Shown: positions 47,313 to 64,000 of the stretch, one piece after another
How positions within the stretch are numbered: the stretch's first letter is position 1
Layout of the letters: every line of letters starts with the position of its first letter
Source: the human T2T-CHM13v2.0 reference genome, Homo sapiens
NCBI RefSeq assembly: GCF_009914755.1
Contig: NC_060944.1
DNA: 64,000 bases
Strand: one strand, 5' to 3'
Notes under the pieces: generated by a model
Told to the model about the DNA's origin: nothing
Database searches by the model: none
What the model saw: only the letters and a program-made list of their open reading frames with translations
Position numbers and translations under genes: made by a program

Positions 47313-50195
47313 TACCTATGAATAATACCATATCTCTGGTGATGGAAATTTTGGCATTCTTTCCTCAGTCTCATTAAGCTCAAAGAGAGTCTTCCTAAGT
47401 GTATTGTTTAACATGGAACCCTAAATTTAAATGCTAAGTTTTAAAAAATTAGACTAGAATTAGAGTATATAGCCTGAGAACATGGTTTGTTTTCATTTCT
47501 AGTTGGCTCAAGATGTTTCTGAAAAATAATTTATAATAAATTGCCTTATAAAGTTAAAATGCCTTCCAAAATTTTATAAGTCAATTTCAAAAACTAGGGA
47601 AGTCAGCCAGTAAATAAAGAGAGAAAGAGATTTATCTCAAAATAGTTTCAGCACCGCTAGAGGAATCTGTCTCTGTTTCAGTGGAAAAGGAGGCAGTTAC
47701 TCCTAGCTAATCTCAATATTTTCTTTCCCCTGGAATAATGGCTGACCACTGGCTCTGTTGTTTTTGGCCAACTCCTCTACTGAAACAAAAATTTTGTAAC
47801 TGCAGTGACCTAACTTGGGAAACAATTTTATAACATTTTCTAGGAACCACAAATCATTTGTTTCATTCTTTCTGAAGACCAACAGTGGCGGTAAGCAGAG
47901 AGTGTCTTTTGCCGTGTAACAAAGAAAAAACTTGATAAAGTCAGCAGCCAGAAGAGCATTTCAGTTCAAAGAAGGGTCATCCAGAGCCCATGAAATGTTG
48001 TCTTTCACATTAGGAATGAATATGCCTCACACAGCGTCATGACCGACTAAAACCCTGGATCAATCCAACTTGTTATTAGAGCATAAATGGTGACCTTTAT
48101 TTATCACACAATGAATTTTAAGCTGGGAAGCCAGTTTTAAGAAAAACAGCAGCAACAGTGTTAGCTGCAAAAACATTTTAGAAGAGCTAGGAGAAAATAA
48201 AACATTATTGAACTTCTTCATGTGGCTAGAAAAAAAAAACCTTCTGGCATGTGACTCAGATTTCCATTGGGTGAATGCAGACTCATCCAAGTTATGCAAC
48301 ATTATTACTGTTGATAGGTTACAAAAAATCTATCAGCTCATCTATCAGAAAAATCCACCAGCAAAATGCCCTCAAAAGCTTATGAAATATGTACCAGTGA
48401 AGATATGCGAAGCAACTTGATATGCTGTTGTAGGACATGTGGTCATGAAAACTATGTCCGCTTAAGTTAAATAGTCTGGATTTAAATCCTTCATGACCCA
48501 TTAGCTACATGACTTACACAAGACACTGAACCTCTCTAAGCCTCACATGCTTCATGTATAAACTGGACGTGATAGAAGTTCCCAAAAGAGTTGTTGTGAG
48601 ACTTAAATGTTGTCTGGCATATGGTAAGTGCTTAACAAATATCTGCCTTTATTTTTTGCACATGGTCTATGTTTATTTTAAGCATCCGTCTTAGCTTGAA
48701 GTCCCCCAGAAGCCAACTCCGTGGCAAGGATTTGAGTACAAGTAATGTATTTTGGACATGATCCCAGGACACCAGTAGAAGAGTGGGGAAGTGAGATGGG
48801 GAAGGGAAAGTAGCCAATGATGGCAGGGTGACCACCATCACCATGGGGGCAACTGGATCTCAACATATCTAAGGGTTCTAGGAGACAGAGTAGAATGCAT
48901 CACAGAGATATCCCAGGCAAGGGACGCGAAGCTGGGTACTTATCCACCAATCCCCTATCCATCATTGGTTGAGGGCTGCTCCCTACACAGCCCCAACTCC
49001 CAATTGTGCAGCACTTGTGGGACAGAAAGTGGCAGATGGTTTAGAGTAAGCAGGCTTTAGCACATAGAGGTGAGTGCTGAGGGGGTACGGGGGTGCAGCA
49101 CAGCCACTGCTACAGCCCCACATTATTGTTTTCAGGTAATCAAATTAGCTGAAGTACCTCTACATAGTTATTTTAATAGATCAGCTCTCTAGAGATAATA
49201 ATGTAACAAAACAAAAGAGCTGTGTCTATGCTGGTTTTAATGGCAGTACTAAGACAAGAAATAAATTACCTAACTTAAAAAAATCAGTATGAGAGTTCCC
49301 ATTAAATCAACACAGAGTTGGGAATAATATATGGAGTTAAAACCATAATTCTGTTTTGAACCTCTTACCACCTCCTGAATATCCATCACCTAAAATTACA
49401 GATGTATCTGTTATTTTTCACAGTGCTGTGGAATAGCCAAGACATCATGAAAACGTAAAACATCCCTCTTTTTCCAAAAATCATCAAGCTTTTAGCAGCT
49501 GTAATAATAGGCTTCCCCAGTAACTGAAACCAATCAAGTTTTTAGGACAAATAACATTTTAAGACTTTCCCATGCATCCAGACAAAGGTTCAAACACTAA
49601 AATGATCATTAACACCTACAAACTGCATTCCCAAGCTGAGAAATGTATCTGTTACATAATCTGATCATTTGTGTTCTTGTCATGTGAAAAGGGGAAAGTC
49701 AATATTTTACTAACCTCTCATTCTTGGGCTCTCAATGCAATAGAAATTGACATGAGGACAAAAGAGTTTTCCCAGGCGAGGCTTCAATGGAGCTTATGCC
49801 CAGGCAAAAGGGAGGTAGCACAAGAGAAAAAGAGAATTGCCTGACTGACTTTCCAAAAAGAGCAGGTAGGGCTTTTTTTTATTAGGCAAAGCATGAGCAT
49901 TGACACTGGGGGTAGGGTTTGCGGGCTGGGCTGGACGAAGCACAGGAGAGGTAGGGTATGCAGGTGGCATAACTGGTTGTGATGGTTATCTTGAGTAATG
50001 GGCCATCTGATGGTCTGGCCAGCATCAACAAGGCTGTAAATTAATTGTTCAGCATTCCTTCCTTGGTTTGATATTTAGATTTCCTAAGGCCAGTTCCTGG
50101 AATTCTTTAAGTAAAAGGCATGGTTAAACATTATGAAGGAGGGGGCCGGGCACGGTGGCTTATGCCTGTAATCCCAACACTTTGAAAGGCCAAGG

Positions 50196-51806
<1,611 letters not shown>

Positions 51807-52353
51807 TCAGGGCAACATGGTAAGACTTTGTCTCTGTAAAAAATTAAATATAATTAAGGAAAAAATAGTAAAATAAATAAATAAATATATATATGAGGGA
51901 GGAAGTCTGTCCCATTCCTATTGTACCTCAATTCCCCCAGAGAGATTTCATCCTTCTTATTCTTAAGGAGACAGGGCCAAAGATCTCATCTTCCGAAGCT
52001 GCTTCCTGCTGAACAGGGTTGTCATCCTTGCCTAATTTTGAGGGCACTGAAATCTCTCGCTTACTGTTTTAAAGACCTGTAAAAACTGGGCTCCTCCTGG
52101 GATGGTGTGGATTGGAATATTTGGGCCATTATTAGCTTGATTCAGAACTGTTGAAGCCTGGAAGACATAAACTTTAACCATCTGTACCCCTGTTGAATAT
52201 AACAAATAATCATTTTAAAAATCAAATAGCACCCAATGATAATTAATAAAATGCTTAAGCCCAGTTTAACAATGTTTGTAAAAAGAAATTGGATGGCATT
52301 TGGAATCTAAGTGAATTGGTTGGAAAACCAGCCTCCTGCTGTCTAAAACATAA

Positions 52354-52641
<288 letters not shown>

Positions 52642-53499
52642 TGACCTCAGGGGATCTGCCTGCCTCAGCCTCCGACAGTGCTGGGATTACAGTTGTGAGC
52701 CACTGCACCCAGCCAATAGAGGCATTTTTATGGAAATGGGGGAAAAACAAATATTAATAGTGGGCATAATCTATCCAGAGAATGTTAGTTTGGAGTTGTA
52801 GCCTGGAAAGAATTTAAGATCTAGTCCAAATTGCAGAAAATAATGCAAAAAAAAAAAAAAAAAAAAGAAAAACCCTCAAAAACGACAGACAAGGCTAGAA
52901 TCTAATAGCATGTGTATGATAATGTTTTTCTCTCTAGTCTCTCATTTTTATTAAAAACAAATTATGGTACGATCAATTTATTTACAAAATAAGTTTTAGT
53001 CTTACTATTCTTGGCCTGATGATTTGCATAAAGTTTACCAATAATAATTATTTGCCTTACAGGCTCTCTTAAACTGGCTTTGCTGAAACTTTTTACATAA
53101 GAAATCTCAGATTCAGACTTGTTAAAGCCTCAAGCCCAGCCACAAATTTATCTGTTCCTGCAAATACCTGTATGAATTGGGTGAATTCCTCTCCTCTGGA
53201 GGTCCCAAGATAACTTGGGGTTCTTGGGCCATTAGAAAGTGACATTCTTTTCTCACCAGGTACAGAGACTGCATAGACCGAGTATGATGCCAGTCTTCTC
53301 CAAGGGGCTTTTATCAGTTCTTGGAGTCAACCTCAATTTTTAAAAAATCAGTCTAAAAGCATAACATTTCAGTCAAAGCCTTGGTAAAATAACCAGTCTC
53401 CAACTGTGTATTTTTACAAAAGAAAACAGATTCTTATACTTATTGTTTTTTGGTGGTGGTAGTTTTGTTTGTTTGTTTGTTTGTTTGTTTTTTAGATGA

Positions 53500-53799
<300 letters not shown>

Positions 53800-53916
53800 T
53801 GATCTTGGCTGCATGAATCCAGTTGCTTCTGTGTTTTGCCATGTTTGTTATTCCTTCTCAGCCTCTAGAACGAATCCTCTTAAATATCACATCTTTGAAT
53901 TACTGGGGTTCCTGGT

Positions 53917-54653
53917 TGTATTAGTCTGTACTCGCACTGCTATAAAGAAATACCAAGACTGAGTAATCTATAAAGAAAAGAGGTTTAATTGACTCATGGT
54001 TCCTTAGGCTGTACAAGAAGCATGGCAGGTTCTGCTTCTGGGGAAGCCTCAGGAAACTCACAATCATGGCAGAAGGAAAGCAGGGGCAAGCACGTTTTAC
54101 ATCACCAGAGCAGGAGCAAGAGAGAGAGTGGGGAGGTGCTTCACACTTTGAAACAAGCAGATCTCATGAGAACTCTATCACGAGAACAGCACCAAAGGGA
54201 TGGTGCCAAACCATTCACAGTCCAGGCACAGTAGGCTCATGCCTGTAATCCCAGCACTTTGGGAGGCCAAGGAGGGTGAATCACTTGAGGTCGGGAGTTC
54301 GAGACCAGCCTGGGAAACATGGTGAAACCCCGTCTGTACTAAAAATACAAAAACTAGCCTGGCGTGGTGGCACACACCTGTAATCCCAGCTACTCAGGAG
54401 GCTGAGGCACAAGAATCACTTAAACCCGGGGGGCAGAAGTTGCAGTAAGCCAAGATCGTGCCACTACACTCCAGCCTGGGAAACAGGGCAAGACCCTGTC
54501 TCAAAAATAAATAAATTAATTAAATAAAAAGTAAACCACTCATAAAGGATCTACCCTTATGATCCAATCACCTCTCACTAGGTCCCATCTGCAACACTGG
54601 GGATTACAATTAGACATGAAATTTGGGTGGGGACATAGATCCAAACCATATCA
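53917..54653 (-). mobile_element. MST LTR with Alu insertion (about 54222-54525)
   Basis: tgtattagtctgtactcgcactgctataaag ... gatccaaaccatatca. Confidence 0.85.
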
Positions 54654-54795
54654 CTAGGAGATCTGTCCCAAGCCCACTTCTCTATTTACCCTCAGAATAG
54701 TTCTCAACCTTTCCAGGCCATGAGGTAGTACCACTCGGGATTGCTTTCAGATGCACACAACAGGCTTACCCACATCAGGATTATTTTTCTCTAAT

Positions 54796-55661
<866 letters not shown>

Positions 55662-55772
55662 TGATGACATGCAGTCCAGAGGTAGGCAGTTCAGGGCGAG
55701 TGTGGTGGAGCCTTCAGTCCCAGGTTCATTCCAACTCTTCACTCTGCTGGCTTTAGTATGTGGCTTAGTGCC

Positions 55773-56185
55773 TGTATTAGGCCATACTTGCATTGCTATA
55801 AATACCTTAGACTGGGTAATTTATAAAGAAAAGAAGTTTAGTTGGCTCACGGTTCTGCAGGCTGTACAGGAAGCATGGCACCAGCATCTGCTCGGCTTCT
55901 GAGGAGGCCTCAGGGAGTTTTTACTCATGGTAGAAGGCAAAGGGGGAGCTGTCTGGTCACACAGTGAGAGTGGGAGGAAGGCAGAGAGGTGCCACACACT
56001 TTTAAATGACCAGATCTCTCAAGAGTTCACTCACTGTCACAAAGACAGCACCAGGGAGAAGGCGCTAAGCCGTTTATGAGTGATCCACACCCACGATCCA
56101 ATCACCTCCCACCAGGCCCCTCTTCTAACATTGGGGATTACAATTCAACTTGAAATTTAGAGGTGACAACATCCAAACTATATCA
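55773..56185 (-). mobile_element. MST LTR
   Basis: tgtattaggccatacttgcattgctataaa...atccaaactatatca. 5-bp TSD gtgcc/gtgct. Confidence 0.85.
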
Positions 56186-56264
56186 GTGCTCAAGCTCACA
56201 GATGGCTGCTACCCTTAGGTATCACATCTGTACCTGAAATCACTTGTACATCTACACCACCAAT

Positions 56265-58400
<2,136 letters not shown>

Positions 58401-58427
58401 TTGGGATCTTTGAAAAGACCTGTTAAA

Positions 58428-58438
58428 AATATATAAAC

Positions 58439-58499
<61 letters not shown>

Positions 58500-58560
58500 C
58501 ACATATATATACATATATATACACATATATATACATATATATATATACACACATATATAT
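58428..58560. repeat. (TA)n(CA)n compound microsatellite
   Basis: Direct read. Confidence 0.95.
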
Positions 58561-58689
58561 TTCTGATGGCAAGTCTGAGTAAATACAAGAGAAGTCACAA
58601 TTTAATTATCTTTGGCACAAAGATAATTAAACTACAGTTGCAGATGGCATATTTTTAGCATTAGGGAATAGAAACTATTATGTACAGTA

Positions 58690-60880
<2,191 letters not shown>

Positions 60881-60994
60881 TCAGCCGGGTGCAGTGGCTC
60901 GTGCCTGTAACCCCAGCACTTTTGGAGGCCAAGGCGAGAGGACTGCTTGAGGCCAGGAATTTGAGACCAGCCTGGGCAACATAGCAAGACTCTA

Positions 60995-61153
<159 letters not shown>

Positions 61154-63354
61154 CTATCTCTAAAAAAGAAAAAATTAAAAATAATAATAAAAAAACACAG
61201 GAACACAAAACTATCTATTACTATCTATTGATCTATCTATCTATCGTGTGTGTAAATAAGCAAAACCTGGAAGGACAGACTTTGTTCTGCACATTTTAAA
61301 CCAGTAGTAGAGCTTAAATTTGGTGAGGAGGGAAAGAATTGCAGGGGAGTGAAGGTGACATTTTTCTACCCAGAGTTTTTTTTTTAATAAGAAGACATTC
61401 CCAGATAATTTATATAATTAAATTTTTTAAAACGACCTCTTTATTATTATATAAATATGTGGCAGGAAAATTAATAGGGAACATTTATTTTCTTTCTTAG
61501 ACATTTTCAACATTTTTTTCCCCTGATAAATCTGTATTTTTTTAATAGCCAGAAAAAATGCACCAAAGTGGTTTCCCTTCTGAAATTATTTTTAATGGTG
61601 TTTGGCTCACAGCAGAATGATCCAGGCCCATCCGTGTCCTGGCTCAGGGCCCAGGCTCTCTCCCTGGCAGCCAGCGAGGTGATCTTGCCAGAGCTATCCC
61701 AACTGCTGCCTCCCTGGCTGCCAGCATCACCTTGGCTACCTGCAGAGACACTCCTGCCACTGCCTCACTGGTGGGGAGAGCTCCCTCCTGTTGCAACACT
61801 GATTAATATAAGATGAGTGGAAAAGCAAAGGGAGGGCAAATACAGAGGGCCAGGCCGTGCAAAGGAGAAGTCCGTTTCTGCAGCATTGATACCAGGTCCC
61901 ACGTCAATCTCTCTGAATAATCTGGCCCTCGCAGTTTCTCTTTGGAGAAATTTGAGATACGCTTCCCAGCAGCTGGGTCAAAGGGCCTTTGAATACAGCG
62001 CCTCATTGCATATCCCTTCCCACCTGCACTGGTGTTGCAGACCATGGGGGGCACCTCATCTCTCCCCTACCTCAAGGGGGCTTCTCTGCAGGAGCTTACA
62101 GAATGGCTTTAGCTTTCTCTGCCCCCCTATGTCCCCTACAACGTATTCTAGTGACTCAGTCCTGGGCCCTCCTGGCTCAAGGGAAGTCCATATATCCATG
62201 AGTGGTTGTAGGAGGGTTGCCGGCATGACCCAGCTAACTTACTGAATCACCTTTTCAGATTTGGTGCCTTCTTCCAGGTCTCTTGCCTGGGACCTTCATG
62301 CGCCTAACAGTCTCTTTTGCTGTTTTATTTGAAGCATAGAATTGTAGCCTGAGTCTTTCCTCAGTTTATTTTGTGATTGATCCTCCTTACCAAGTGTTTA
62401 TCGTGGTTCCAGTGTGTGTGTTGGGGGGTGATTCTAAAGAACACTGCTTGTGAGTCACGCTGCTCTGTTAATAAACCTGTTATGCAGGAAAACCCAGCTG
62501 AAAGGCAGATCCAAGCTGCTCACTCCCAGCTGTTAGTAAGTGGATACAATGGCCTTTTCATTGGGTATGAATTTTAGTCTATTATATTTTCTTTAGAAAC
62601 TAAAATCAGCTCATGAGAAGTTAAAGTAATGCTGACTTTGTTTCATAAGAAATAAAAACTCGACTCAGGAGGACCCCAGCCATTATTTGTGGCTCACATT
62701 CTCTAAACTTCATCTGAAAAGCTGATATTCCAGATTCCTTACATCTCTCCAAGATGGCTAGCATCTTATACACACAAAGATGGGGGGGGGTTTTACTCAG
62801 CAAGAAAAATATTTACTTTCCTTTTTTTTTTTTAGGAGAAAAATACTTGTCTCTTCAACCTCATTAATTTTTATGATGCGTAAAATTTTTTCATTACATT
62901 AGCCAAAAAGACTCTGGACTGAATAAAGTATAGCACCCAAACCATTTAAAATGGCTTCCTGACTGGGAAGACACTGCAGTCATCTCAGGGAAGTTTCTGG
63001 CCTTGGGAAAAACAAATGGAACTTTGGCCGTTCAAGAAGGGAAACTCAAGAATCCAGGCCTTGCGTGCTGCTCTTTTTTCTCTGAAAGCTTTTGGAAGTG
63101 GAGCCACACTTTATTTACCGAATATGCACTTCTTGTTTCTTGTAACCATGGTGCTTTAGTTGAGTGTGTCTTATGTCAGACTACTGCTGAGCCAATATTT
63201 ATCATTTTAGAAATTTCCATGAGTCATAAAACAAATGTGCAACCCGCTTGCTGTACCTTCTACGGGAGTTTCTTTCCTAGAGTTCTTTAAAGCAAAAAGA
63301 AAAAATGCTAAACCTAGAATCCAACACTTGCCGTTTATCAGAACACTTACATAC

Positions 63355-63398
63355 TTTCTCCAGCATGGAGGCTCCTTCTGTGAAATTTGAAAATCCAT
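63355..63398 (-). CDS. BFSP1: Distal alternative BFSP1 exon, coding part MDFQISQKEPPCWR(K), in frame with exon 2
   Basis: ATG at 63398, 14 codons plus AA, then GTATGT (phase 2, same as exon 1). A second donor GTAAGT lies 4 nt further on. Candidate acceptor CCTCCTTTCTTTCTCAG| gives an exon start at 63487. Consistent with my recollection of annotated N-terminally shortened BFSP1 isoforms. Confidence 0.75.
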
Positions 63399-64000
63399 TC
63401 AGCTCACATCCAAGGTGTGCTGCCTGCTGCCTGAGGTACCCTGCCTACCCAGGACTCCAAAACCCTCTCCAGAGGGCCAGGTCTGGGCTGAGAAAGAAAG
63501 GAGGCTTTAGAGGTTTGCAGAGAGGAAGTGACTCACTGGCTCAAGGGGTGGGAGGGAAGGCTTTCCACAGGATAGAGAATATAAATGAGCAAGCAATTCC
63601 TTCCACTTCCAGCATGGAAAATTTTACTAGGGGACCACCTCTTAATGACTGGGCCTGAATTTAGTGACCACTCACCTCCACTCCCCCTTCCAAAAAGAAG
63701 AGTAAAGAAAAAAAAAAAAGCAGGACCAATTGCAAGATGTGATGTTGTTTGCCTCATTTACACGTAAGGATGTTGAAGCTAATGCTGTTTGATCTCTTGT
63801 GTCAATCAGCTCCCTTTGCCCAGACATGGATAGTTGGGAGAACCACATTAAGTCTACAATCTAGAAAACTACAGCAATTTATTGCTTTTGCCATTAAAAA
63901 ACAACAACAACAACAACAACAAAAACAAGTCCTCTAGAGCCCTGTTTTGTCTAGAGCCCAAGGCCTAGAGTTTATAAATCAAAATTTAAGAGACTGCGTT

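Overview
Primate (very likely human) genomic DNA containing most of BFSP1 (filensin, a lens beaded-filament intermediate filament protein) on the minus strand. Coding exons 1-7 can be traced base-exactly with GT-AG boundaries: 377+61+96+93+108+221+86 = 1042 nt, in frame. The large tail exon 8 lies off the left edge. Exon 1 sits in a CpG island with a compact, structured promoter. A distal alternative exon at ~63.35-63.49 kb has tandem donors: one gives a short in-frame N-terminus, the other creates an ATG only on splicing. Intron 2 holds a processed ubiquitin-RPS27A pseudogene on the plus strand. The rest is Alu, MIR, L1, L2, LTR and DNA-transposon remnants, including a five-layer nested insertion at 49.7-51.9 kb. 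Repeat family names were assigned by eye and their boundaries are approximate. I see no convincing wholly new biological system. The best leads are the distal exon's splice/translation switch, the promoter architecture, an intragenic CpG/CTCF element and an inverted Alu pair next to exon 6.
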